A stretch of DNA of 64,000 nt, from contig JAAXKQ010000014.1 in assembly GCA_025612245.1 (NCBI GenBank), positions 40,028-104,027 on the forward strand, in the 5' to 3' direction. Below, piece after piece: positions 8,064 to 16,299 of the stretch (positions are counted from its first letter, which is position 1; every line of letters starts with the position of its first letter). The position numbers were made by a program, and so were the translations under genes. Source of the stretch: Ignavibacteria bacterium. GTDB taxonomy: Bacteria; Bacteroidota; Ignavibacteria; Ignavibacteriales; SURF-24. The notes under the pieces were generated by a model. It did not search any database. It had not been told where the DNA came from and was given only the letters and a program-made list of their open reading frames with translations.

Positions 8064-9680
8064 TTAATTTTTCTTTAACGGCAGTGTAATTTTGAAGGTC
8101 GTTCCTTTGGGTGAAGTTGACTCAACTTCAATTCTGCCCTTATGATGATCTATAATTCCGTAGGCCACGGCAAGCCCCAGACCCGTGCCTTTGGATTTCT
8201 GTTTTGTTGAATAGAAGGGTTCGAATATGTGCGGAAGATCCTTTTCGGAAATTCCGTAGCCTTCGTCAACAATTCTAATTACGGCATCCTTTTCGTTGCA
8301 ATCCAGCTTTACCTTAAGCGTTCCGCCGCTGGGCATGGCTTCAATTGCATTTATGAGAAGTGAGATCAAAGCCTGCTGTATCTTCTGCGAATCGCCTTCC
8401 ATGATCACAGGCTGATCCTTGCACTCTTTCTCCATTTTGATCTTGTTGATCTCAAGGTGATGATTTATAAGAAGTATGCACTTGTCAACGATGGCGTTAA
8501 GGTCCTCTGCCGCAAATTCATCTGTGCCCCTGTGCGAGAAAAGCAGCAGGTCCTTTACAATCCTTCCGCAGCGCGCGGATTCCTCGGATATCAGGCACAG
8601 GTACTCAAGTATATTTTTGTACTCGTTATCCTGCTGCATTTTACCGAGCTTTCTTGAGACCAGCTTGCTGTAGGTTAAAATGCCTTCCAGCGGATTATTA
8701 AGCTCGTGTGCAACTGTAGCCGAAAGCTTTCCTAGTGAGGCCAGTTTTTCAATCTGTATGATCTGGTCGTATATCTTCTTAAGCTCCTCGGTTTTCTCCT
8801 TTACCTTCTCATTGAGCGTTTCCGACCATTCCTTGATTTCCTTATACGCAAGGTCGAGCTTGCCGCCCATGTTGTTAAACTGCCCGGCCATTATGCCAAG
8901 TTCGTTTTTGGACTCTACGTCGATCTTGTATCGAAGGTTCCCCTTTCCCAGCTCCTCTATTCCGCGGTTGATCTTCTTTACTGGACGGTTAACTACAATC
9001 GAGATAAAGAGCCAGATAACCACCGCAATTACAAAAGTAACAAGAATTGAGGTGGTAACAACGCTTGAAATGTTGCCCGCTATGATCTCATCGGCATGTT
9101 TCATTGAAACCACAACGTCCAGAACGCCCAAAATCTTTACGTTTTTGTCGTGCGCGTGGCAGCCCGAACTGGAGCAGTCCTCCTCATTATAAATTGGATT
9201 AATGAGCCCCAGGACTCTTGAGCCGTCCTCCTTCTTAAAAAGCCTGATCTTATCCTTTACAGGCAGCGTTGCAACGAGCTTTCCCTGGCTGTGGCAGGCA
9301 ATGCAAGCCTCGGCCTTTTTATCCATATTTCTCCCGATTTCAGTGCTGTCGGTTGAAAATATAACGCGGCCCTGCTTGTTGTATATCCTGATCTTCTCCA
9401 CGCCGCTTTCTGTCCCGATGGTCTTAATGATCTGGTGCACGTCGTAACTGCGGTTGAGCATCATGCTGTAGCGCGTGGACTTTTTTATAATATCGCTGAT
9501 ATTATATGCGTTTTGAGAGTAGGAATTTGTAAGATCCCTTTCAAGTGTTGTAAGGGTATAGATTGTCTGAAAGCCAAGATTAACCAGGAGAATCAGCGCT
9601 ATGACTAATATCAGCTTAAAACTTAACTTATTATAAAATTTGATCTTCATGGAAATTAGGCTTTTTAAAAATCTCACCAA
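8064..9680 (-). CDS. sensor histidine kinase with periplasmic domain carrying c-type haem motifs
   Basis: 538 aa. Two TM helices flank a ~165-aa loop containing CIACH and CSSSGCH. This is followed by a HAMP-like linker, the H-box VAHELNNPL, N-box LLINAIEA, and G-boxes DEGYGI and GTGLGL. An alternative start is the ATG at 9650. Confidence 0.85.
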   Translation of the reverse strand: MVRFLKSLISMKIKFYNKLSFKLILVIALILLVNLGFQTIYTLTTLERDLTNSYSQNAYNISDIIKKSTRYSMMLNRSYDVHQIIKTIGTESGVEKIRIYNKQGRVIFSTDSTEIGRNMDKKAEACIACHSQGKLVATLPVKDKIRLFKKEDGSRVLGLINPIYNEEDCSSSGCHAHDKNVKILGVLDVVVSMKHADEIIAGNISSVVTTSILVTFVIAVVIWLFISIVVNRPVKKINRGIEELGKGNLRYKIDVESKNELGIMAGQFNNMGGKLDLAYKEIKEWSETLNEKVKEKTEELKKIYDQIIQIEKLASLGKLSATVAHELNNPLEGILTYSKLVSRKLGKMQQDNEYKNILEYLCLISEESARCGRIVKDLLLFSHRGTDEFAAEDLNAIVDKCILLINHHLEINKIKMEKECKDQPVIMEGDSQKIQQALISLLINAIEAMPSGGTLKVKLDCNEKDAVIRIVDEGYGISEKDLPHIFEPFYSTKQKSKGTGLGLAVAYGIIDHHKGRIEVESTSPKGTTFKITLPLKKN

Positions 9681-9784
9681 AAACTATCTAATTATGCCGT
9701 GAATTGCAAGGAATTTTATAGGACAAAAGGGTTCTTTTAACCCGGCGGCAATCCTGCATTACCATTTCCCTGCAATGACCTTTA

Positions 9785-9828
9785 AAAAGAGCAAAGCCGG
9801 ACCCTGCTCCAAAGGCACGGACCGGCTT
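9785..9828 (-). terminator. probable terminator after the cytochrome c operon
   Basis: AAGCCGG...CCGGCTT stem with partly paired interior, followed on the minus strand by GCTCTTTTT. Confidence 0.4.
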
Positions 9829-9888
9829 CAAAAAACTCTCTGGGAAATACTGAAGCCTTACGGCTTCAAAAAAAATCAGGCATTGGAA

Positions 9889-10389
9889 TTATGAATGTTT
9901 AACCATGTTCCATTTCTTGTTGTAATCGAACGGCTTGTACGTCGGGCTGTTCGGGTTATGGCACTTTTTGCACAGTGAAGCGTCACCCTTACCCATAATG
10001 AGGCCGTTCTTCTTGGCAAGATTGGGATCTTTCATTACGTTCATAGCCTTATAGTCCGAACCCGGTCCGTGGCAGCTTTCGCATGAAACGCCTTCGTCTT
10101 TCTTGGCTGAATTTGTAACGTGGCAGTTCAGGCACTTTTCGGAGGAGACAGGATCTGAAATCTTCAGTTTTGCAGCTACGTCTTTAGCCTTCTGGCTTTT
10201 GAGTGTCTCAAAGGCTTTTGCGTGGTCTGTTGACTGCCATTTTTCGTGAACGTTATTGCCTTTAGCACCTTTATGGCAAGCCGAGCACATCTTTTCACCC
10301 ACATATTTGTGCTGAGCCTGAACATTAGAGTTAAGTACCATCAGCGAAACAAACATAACCGGTAATATATAAAGAATAATTCTTTTCAT
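9889..10389 (-). CDS. periplasmic tetrahaem cytochrome c
   Basis: 166 aa with Sec signal (VSLMVLNSNVQAQ) and four CXXCH motifs (CSACH, CLNCH, CESCH, CKKCH). Confidence 0.85.
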   Translation of the reverse strand: MKRIILYILPVMFVSLMVLNSNVQAQHKYVGEKMCSACHKGAKGNNVHEKWQSTDHAKAFETLKSQKAKDVAAKLKISDPVSSEKCLNCHVTNSAKKDEGVSCESCHGPGSDYKAMNVMKDPNLAKKNGLIMGKGDASLCKKCHNPNSPTYKPFDYNKKWNMVKHS

Positions 10390-10401
10390 CGTTTTTAACC
10401 C

Positions 10402-11124
10402 TTACTTAAATAATGTTTTTAATATACTTAGATATTTTTCCCTGCCAATAACTTCATAAAGGTACTGAACGTCCGTACCGCCGTCCATCATTGTAAGTCC
10501 CACTTCCGGATAGTCGATTTCAAAGCGGGTCAGTTCCCTGGTCACAGAAATGATATCCCTGTGATAGTCGGAAACAGGAATTGTATTGGCACCGAGTTCC
10601 TCCCTGGAAGTCTCGATCAGGCTTACCCACCTCTCATGCGGAATCTGCGTCTCGGGATTTGTGATATTTCCCAGACAGGAAAAGTTGATCGGCGAAGAAA
10701 TTGTAACACTTCCCCAGGTCCCGTTCAGCTTAAGAAACGGATCCCCTTTCTGAACCTTATCCGATGCGTTGCAGTACTCTATGCCTGTAAGGCTGTTATC
10801 CAGCAGGTCTATTGCAACAGGACTGAAGCCCATATAATAGGTATTTGCAAAGAGGTTCTTTACGACCAGATGGTTCTTGAAATAGAGCATCTGATTCTTA
10901 AATTCCGCATGTTCGATTTCATTTATTATAGCCTGAATGATATTCTGGCCTTTCGACCTTTCTTTCAACTCCTCTTCCCTTTTCCCAAAGTGCTGTATAT
11001 TGCGCATCGACTTGTCAAAAAGGCAATTATCGCAGTCAAAATTCCTGTCGCAAAGCTTATAATCCACAATCTTCGAAGCCATCCAGATACATTGCAGATT
11101 GCTATAATTATTTTTTTTATTCAT
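10402..11124 (-). CDS. Cys-rich N-terminus + GcvH-like domain protein (paralogue of 13103-13777)
   Basis: N-terminal C-x12-C-x5-C-x2-C (LQC...YKLCDRNFDCDNC). The central region aligns with the glycine-cleavage H fold but lacks the lipoyl Lys. The C-terminal GLTMMDGG motif is shared with the paralogue. The ORF track extends to a GTG at 11151; I prefer the ATG at 11124. Confidence 0.5.
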   Translation of the reverse strand: MNKKNNYSNLQCIWMASKIVDYKLCDRNFDCDNCLFDKSMRNIQHFGKREEELKERSKGQNIIQAIINEIEHAEFKNQMLYFKNHLVVKNLFANTYYMGFSPVAIDLLDNSLTGIEYCNASDKVQKGDPFLKLNGTWGSVTISSPINFSCLGNITNPETQIPHERWVSLIETSREELGANTIPVSDYHRDIISVTRELTRFEIDYPEVGLTMMDGGTDVQYLYEVIGREKYLSILKTLFK

Positions 11125-11150
11125 GTTAATCACTAAAATGTAATTAAACA

Positions 11151-12326
11151 CTATTCACTTAAAATTGCTTCTCTGCCATGAACAGCTTCGCTTTCCTCAC
11201 TCTCACCTTCATGAAGCTCTTCGAAAACAGGGAAGTTCTGAGTTATTAGTTTAAAGGCAACCATACCAACTGTAACCAGCATCATGGTAATGCTGATTTC
11301 GTAAACTGACGGAAAGTAATTGTAGTTAGCCGACCCGGTAAGGGATGTAATGCTAACGTTGACTCTGTTCAGGAGGAACCCGCCAATTACAAATAAAGCA
11401 GAAATGTAGAGCCATTTTCTGCTTTCTCTGAACTTTTTCTGCGAGAGCAGATAAACCGGGATAACGGTACCGATGAAAAGTTCAAGATAAAACATGTATG
11501 TTTCGCTCGAGGAAATTAACAAATAATTTAGTTTATTCAAAATCGCCAGATCGATAAATCTTACCGCAGCCGTAAGAATAAGCATAACGAAAGTGATTTT
11601 TGCTATGCTCGAAAGCAAATTGAGCTTGATGCCGTGATTAAAGGCACGAGCGCTTGTATAGGATTCGAAAATGACCATTGCAAAACCCGTTGCTATGGCA
11701 CTCATGTAAAAGTAAACAGGTAGTATGGGCGAATACCATAACGGGTGCATCTTTGTAGGGACGATGAGGAAAAGCGAGCCCAAAGACGACTGGTGGAGCG
11801 TTGAAAGAAGAATGCCAAGCATCATAATTGGAATAGATACTTTTCTCATGATCATAAGAAGCTTGTTTAGTTTGAACCTTTCCAGAATGACCGGGGCAAA
11901 TTCCAGGAACAGTACGGTAGTATAGAGCATAACACACCATGCGACTTCAAACATTACCGAATGAGTATTCCACATGATTATTGCGTGCCAGATGTTCCAG
12001 GGTTTTCCAAGGTCGGCCAGAAGCCCGAAAATGACGAGCAGGTATCCCAGGAATGCAGTTAGTATTGAAGGCCTGGTTAAGGGCTCAAATTTCTTGATGT
12101 TGAATATATGTGTAACGGCACATATTGTAAAACCGCCTGCGGCAAGACCCACACCACAAAGTATATCGAAGCCTATCCACAGCCCCCATGGAAAGACGTC
12201 GTTCAGGTTTGTTGCTGCCCCTAATCCCCGGGAAAATCTGAAAACAACCGAATACAAACCTGCGGCAATAATGATAACAGCAACGGCTTTCCAAAACGTT
12301 AACTTAAAGATTGATCCTGTCTTCAT
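11151..12326 (-). CDS. NrfD/PsrC-family polytopic membrane (quinone-interacting) subunit
   Basis: 391 aa with roughly 10 hydrophobic helices. It follows the 4Fe-4S subunit by 2 nt, the typical NrfC-NrfD gene order. Confidence 0.8.
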   Translation of the reverse strand: MKTGSIFKLTFWKAVAVIIIAAGLYSVVFRFSRGLGAATNLNDVFPWGLWIGFDILCGVGLAAGGFTICAVTHIFNIKKFEPLTRPSILTAFLGYLLVIFGLLADLGKPWNIWHAIIMWNTHSVMFEVAWCVMLYTTVLFLEFAPVILERFKLNKLLMIMRKVSIPIMMLGILLSTLHQSSLGSLFLIVPTKMHPLWYSPILPVYFYMSAIATGFAMVIFESYTSARAFNHGIKLNLLSSIAKITFVMLILTAAVRFIDLAILNKLNYLLISSSETYMFYLELFIGTVIPVYLLSQKKFRESRKWLYISALFVIGGFLLNRVNVSITSLTGSANYNYFPSVYEISITMMLVTVGMVAFKLITQNFPVFEELHEGESEESEAVHGREAILSE

Positions 12327-12328
12327 GA

Positions 12329-13087
12329 TTATTTATTCCCTTCCTGTTGTTTTTCTTTTGCAATTTTGTTCTTTCTGTTCGTAAGCCAGTACATGCCTGT
12401 CAGAAAAGCGCCTCCAACTCCTACAACGCCCGGTATCTTTTCCAGTGCGCGGGCTGTGTAATTCGGCAATGCTTCCTTTGGCAGGTTAGCTGCAAAGCCG
12501 AGCTTTTCAAAGGGTACGGATGACAAAATAAGTACATTGCTTCCGCCTGCTTCTTCAAGTCCGTAAATGTGCTGATAGTAAGTATCGGGATTTTCTTTCA
12601 GCCTCTTTTTGGCCTCGGCCTTCAGATCCTCCAGGTCCCCGAACAGCGTTGCACCCGTAGGGCAGGCTTCCGAACAGGCAGTACCCTCGCCTTTTTTGAT
12701 CTTGTCGTAGCACATAATGCACTTTCTGACGCGCGGGTTGGTTTTGCTCCATTCGTAGCGCGGAACTCTGTGCGGGCAGGCCTGCATGCAGTAGCGGCAG
12801 CCAATGCACTTGTCGGCATCGTAAAGAACCGGTCCCAGTTCTGTTTTTGTGAATGCACCTACCGGACATACAGAAACGCAGGTGGGTTTCTGGCAGTGCA
12901 TGCACATTCTTCTCGTATATTTATCGTCGTGCTGTTCAACAACTGTATAGGTCTCTGCTGAAAGGTGATCTCTCAGGGGATCGGAATTCGTCTTGGCAAG
13001 TTTATTCTGAGCTTTGCATGCATTATAGCACTCACCGCATCCTACGCATAAAGTCGAATCATACAAAATGCCTTTTTGTTTTACCAT
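12329..13087 (-). CDS. 4x[4Fe-4S] ferredoxin-type subunit (NrfC/PsrB/HybA family) with C-terminal TM anchor, no Tat signal
   Basis: Four cluster motifs: CVGCGECYNAC, CMHCQKPTCVSVCP, CIGCRYCMQACP, CIMC...CSEACP. C-terminal helix is VVGVGGAFLTGMYWL. The ATG at 13087 is preceded by GAGGA. The N-terminus has no RR motif. Confidence 0.85.
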   Translation of the reverse strand: MVKQKGILYDSTLCVGCGECYNACKAQNKLAKTNSDPLRDHLSAETYTVVEQHDDKYTRRMCMHCQKPTCVSVCPVGAFTKTELGPVLYDADKCIGCRYCMQACPHRVPRYEWSKTNPRVRKCIMCYDKIKKGEGTACSEACPTGATLFGDLEDLKAEAKKRLKENPDTYYQHIYGLEEAGGSNVLILSSVPFEKLGFAANLPKEALPNYTARALEKIPGVVGVGGAFLTGMYWLTNRKNKIAKEKQQEGNK

Positions 13088-13102
13088 CGTGGTGATCCTC
13101 AA

Positions 13103-13777
13103 TTAAAAAGTTAAAAATTCATTCTCAAAGTTCTTCAGGCCTTCAGGACTTACATTGGAAACTGCGCCTTCAACGATGTTACCGCCATCGTGCATTGTAA
13201 CACCGGCAAGCTCGGGCTTGATGCTGCTGAGTTCAATAAAATCTCTTAGCCTTCTGAATTCCTCTTTCAGCCAGGCAGAAAGCGATTCACCGGTTTTAAG
13301 AACCTTGCTGTTCATCTCCCAGTTGGAAGGATCTATTACGAGAGCCCAGCCGTTTGTAAAAGGTTCGGTAAGTGGTTTGTTAAGAATTGCACTGTTAACA
13401 AGCTTTACAGTTCCGTCAACAGGACTTCTGAAGCTAAAGGGATTGTTGCTGCAGGCGCCTTCAATTATCACCTCACCCTGTTTAACCTTAGTCTCTCCGG
13501 AAGCGATTTTGGTTATGGATAACCTGCCTAAAGCCTTTAATGCAAAATCATCAACCCCTATCTTGAGCGTCCCGTCCTGCAGCTTTTCTGCCCAGGTATG
13601 GCCTTTTGAAACGTAGACCTCCTTTGGAATGGCTATGCTCCCCTTATTGAAAACAGCACCAGGAGTTTTTTCGAATGCGGGATGACTTTTCTTCTGAGCC
13701 TTCAGAACGAAAATGTCTATCACCACAAACAAAGCAAAAGTAAGTAATACAAATAATGCTACCATGATATTCCTCAT
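13103..13777 (-). CDS. membrane-anchored GcvH-like domain protein
   Basis: 224 aa with an N-terminal TM helix. SKGHTWAEKLQDGTLKIGVDDFALKALGRL...IIEGACSNNPFSFRSPVDGTVKLVN...NGWALVI aligns along the whole GcvH fold. The lipoyl-Lys position (ESVK) reads EGAC. Confidence 0.55.
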   Translation of the reverse strand: MRNIMVALFVLLTFALFVVIDIFVLKAQKKSHPAFEKTPGAVFNKGSIAIPKEVYVSKGHTWAEKLQDGTLKIGVDDFALKALGRLSITKIASGETKVKQGEVIIEGACSNNPFSFRSPVDGTVKLVNSAILNKPLTEPFTNGWALVIDPSNWEMNSKVLKTGESLSAWLKEEFRRLRDFIELSSIKPELAGVTMHDGGNIVEGAVSNVSPEGLKNFENEFLTF

Positions 13778-13918
13778 TATGTTTTATTGTATATCTATTG
13801 TACAACAAAATGCATACCACTTCACAACAAAGCCATAATTATCACCATAAATCTTTATTTTTTAAGCATTTACGGGACTTTTCATCTTTGTCCATTATTT
13901 CCTTTTTCCGGTCCTCTT

Positions 13919-14120
13919 TGTTGAAATATTCAACAGCATTTTTTAGAAATTCCGGCTAATTGCGAATTTGCACCATGCCGGGCATATTCGATGTGTTTAA
14001 TTTCTCCACAGTTGTTTGTTGAAATTAATTACACTTTTAATATCTGGTTGCCGATTTTTCAACACTATCTGCGCCCCGGTTCTATAATATTTTAACACAT
14101 CCTCTATTAAGGTGTTGAAA
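13919..14120. promoter_or_regulatory. cluster of five TGTTGAA(A) motifs in the divergent promoter region
   Basis: TGTTGAA-ATA-TTCAACA perfect 7-3-7 palindrome at 13919-13935. Further copies lie at 14017-14024 (+), 14057-14064 (-) and 14113-14120 (+). Confidence 0.3.
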
Positions 14121-14303
14121 AATATAATGCCAGGAGGAAATGTTTTTACTTTGGGGTATGTAGACCTAAGAATGTAGAAAGCATAAGAACGGGGTTTTCT
14201 GCGCAAACGGAACCTAGCGGAATAAATTGATTTGAAAGGGCTAATTTTTGTAATTTACAGGATAAGGATTTTCCAAGGCAATGAAATAAAGGTTTTACAG
14301 ATT

Positions 14304-14816
14304 ATGACAGAGAAAATAACCGTTGAAGAAGGCGATATTACCCGTCAAAATGTAGATGCAATTGTAAATGCCGCCAACACAACACTCCTTGGCGGCGGCG
14401 GTGTAGATGGGGCAATTCACCGCGCGGCCGGACCAATGCTTAAGGAGGAATGCCGTAAGCTGGGAGGATGTATTACGGGTGATGCCAAAATTACAAAAGG
14501 CTACAAGCTTCCGGCAAAATATGTTATACATACCGTAGGACCTGTCTGGCGCGGCGGGGATTTTAACGAAGACAACCTTCTTGCCTCGTGCTACTTTAAG
14601 TCGCTTAAGCTCGCCGTGGAAAACGGGATTAAAACTATAGCTTTTCCGTCCATCAGCACCGGCATTTACGGCTTTCCATTTGAACGTGCCGCAAAAATTG
14701 CAATTAAGACAGTAAGGGAGTTCCTGAAGAGTGCTCCTTTAATTGAGAAGGTAATTTTCGTCTGTTTCAGTAACGGTGATTACACTACCTACAGAAAGCT
14801 GCTCGATATGGAGTAA
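14304..14816 (+). CDS. ymdB: macro-domain protein (O-acetyl-ADP-ribose deacetylase type)
   Basis: [43 protein letters not shown] is the canonical macro-domain N-terminus. I prefer the ATG at 14304 over the longer ORF-track start. Confidence 0.85.
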   Translation: MTEKITVEEGDITRQNVDAIVNAANTTLLGGGGVDGAIHRAAGPMLKEECRKLGGCITGDAKITKGYKLPAKYVIHTVGPVWRGGDFNEDNLLASCYFKSLKLAVENGIKTIAFPSISTGIYGFPFERAAKIAIKTVREFLKSAPLIEKVIFVCFSNGDYTTYRKLLDME

Positions 14817-14890
14817 AGCTCTTGGATGATAATTAAGGGAATTGTATTTTTTCATGTCAGTTTTTTATTCATTAATTACCAACTAAAACC

Positions 14891-16138
14891 ATGAAAAAAT
14901 ACTTTTCCCTTACTTTTGCATTCTTGTTTGTCTTACTTTTTTCAAATGCAGTGTTCCCGCAGAATAAAAGCACAAACCTTCTGGACAGTCTGATAAGGGC
15001 AAACAGCAGCCTCTTCCCCGAGGTTGCGGCCAATCCTTCGAAATATCAGGTACAGATACTTTACACGCAGATTAACCGCGATAAGCATAATAAGCCGCAC
15101 TTTACGACTTATAAATATAACGTGGACAAGAACAGCTACTTTTACCCGGCAAGCTCGGTTAAAATTGCCGGAGCCGTGCTTTCACTTCAGAAGCTAAACG
15201 AGCTCAAAGTTAAGGGCCTCGATAAATTTACTCCTCTTAAAATCGGCAGCACTCATTCCGGGCAAACAACCGTCGAGAAGGACAAAAGCTCCAAAGACAG
15301 CCTTCCTTCCATTGCCCATTATGTGAAGAAAATTTTTCTTGCAAGCGATAACGACGCTTTTAACAGGACTTATGAATTTGTAGGTCAAAAGTACCTGAAC
15401 GAAGAGCTCTGGAAAAGAGGACTTAAGGACCTGAAGCTAATGCACAGAGTTTCCGTTGCACTTTCACCTGAAGAGAACAGGTATACAAACCCCTTTACTT
15501 TCTACAATGACGGTAAAATTATCTACCGGCAGGATGAGCAGTTTAACCCCGTTCAGTACAAAAATGACCTGCCTACCGTCTATAGAGGTAACGGCTACAT
15601 GCTTGGCGACAGCCTTGTAAATGAACCTAAGGATTTTTCATTCAGCAATTATATCTCGGTTGAAAGCCTGCAGGGAATCTTAAGAAGAATAATTTTCCCG
15701 GAAAGCTTCCCTAAAGACGAGAGATTTAACCTTACAGAGGACGACTATAAGTTTTTATACAAATACATGTCGATGCTGGGCAGGGAAAGTGATTACCCCA
15801 AATACGACACGAAGGAATATCCCGATGCGAACGTGAAATTCCTCATGTTTGGCGGAACTAAGGACACAATTCCCTCGAATATACGCATATTTAATAAGAT
15901 AGGCCTTGCTTACGGATACTTAACCGACAACGCCTATATAGTGGATTTTGACAAGAAAACGGAATTCTTTTTAACGGCCATAATTTATGTAAATAAAGAC
16001 GAGATATTCAATGACGATAAATATGAGTATGACCAGACGGGGCTTCCGTTCTTAAAGAACCTGGGGAAGGTAATTTATAACTATGAACTTTCAAGACCGC
16101 GCAAATACAAACCCGATCTGAGTAAATTCAGGAATTAG
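14891..16138 (+). CDS. secreted serine hydrolase, class-A beta-lactamase/PBP-like fold
   Basis: 415 aa with signal peptide. Carries SxxK (SSVK), SDN (ASDND) and a KTG-like KIG motif in the expected order. Confidence 0.6.
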   Translation: MKKYFSLTFAFLFVLLFSNAVFPQNKSTNLLDSLIRANSSLFPEVAANPSKYQVQILYTQINRDKHNKPHFTTYKYNVDKNSYFYPASSVKIAGAVLSLQKLNELKVKGLDKFTPLKIGSTHSGQTTVEKDKSSKDSLPSIAHYVKKIFLASDNDAFNRTYEFVGQKYLNEELWKRGLKDLKLMHRVSVALSPEENRYTNPFTFYNDGKIIYRQDEQFNPVQYKNDLPTVYRGNGYMLGDSLVNEPKDFSFSNYISVESLQGILRRIIFPESFPKDERFNLTEDDYKFLYKYMSMLGRESDYPKYDTKEYPDANVKFLMFGGTKDTIPSNIRIFNKIGLAYGYLTDNAYIVDFDKKTEFFLTAIIYVNKDEIFNDDKYEYDQTGLPFLKNLGKVIYNYELSRPRKYKPDLSKFRN

Positions 16139-16155
16139 TTTTTGAGTTAAAAATA

Positions 16156-16203
16156 TTTTAACATGGTACCCCGGCTTCCGCCTGGAGGGGTACCATGTTA
16201 AAA
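16156..16203. terminator. bidirectional terminator hairpin between convergent genes
   Basis: 17-bp perfect arms TTTTAACATGGTACCCC / GGGGTACCATGTTAAAA with a 14-nt loop. Confidence 0.6.
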
Positions 16204-16299
16204 TTCACTCTCCTCGTTGGGTTTCTGCCCCAGAGTTATATGGAAACCAATCATAAATGCAAAGCCCGCAAAAGCGGTTTTCAGAACCTTGAACCTTCT

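Noticed and set aside
8680-9192. 170-aa plus-strand ORF. Similar long antisense ORFs occur at 10561-11136, 11974-12384, 12569-12961, 13155-13616, 17489-18136, 18862-19296, 18974-19450 and 52948-53385.
   Set aside because: All lie wholly inside, and mostly antisense to, genes with strong motif support. Their translations are low-complexity, Ser/Leu/Cys-rich shadow products.
9852-9875. Hairpin GAAGCC-TTAC-GGCTTC followed by A8, just after the cytochrome c gene.
   Set aside because: On the minus (coding) strand the U-run precedes the stem. On the plus strand an A-run follows it. It is a canonical terminator in neither orientation.
13804-13819. Sigma54-like element TGGTAT-GCATT-TTGTT (minus strand) just upstream of the redox operon.
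   Set aside because: The -24 box is poor (TGGTAT), the -12 lacks the C of the GC doublet, and it would leave only about 16 nt of leader. Not convincing without a matrix score.
13960-13985. TGGTGC-AAATT-CGCA (minus strand) as a sigma54 promoter.
   Set aside because: The GG-to-GC spacing is one nucleotide short of the strictly conserved distance.
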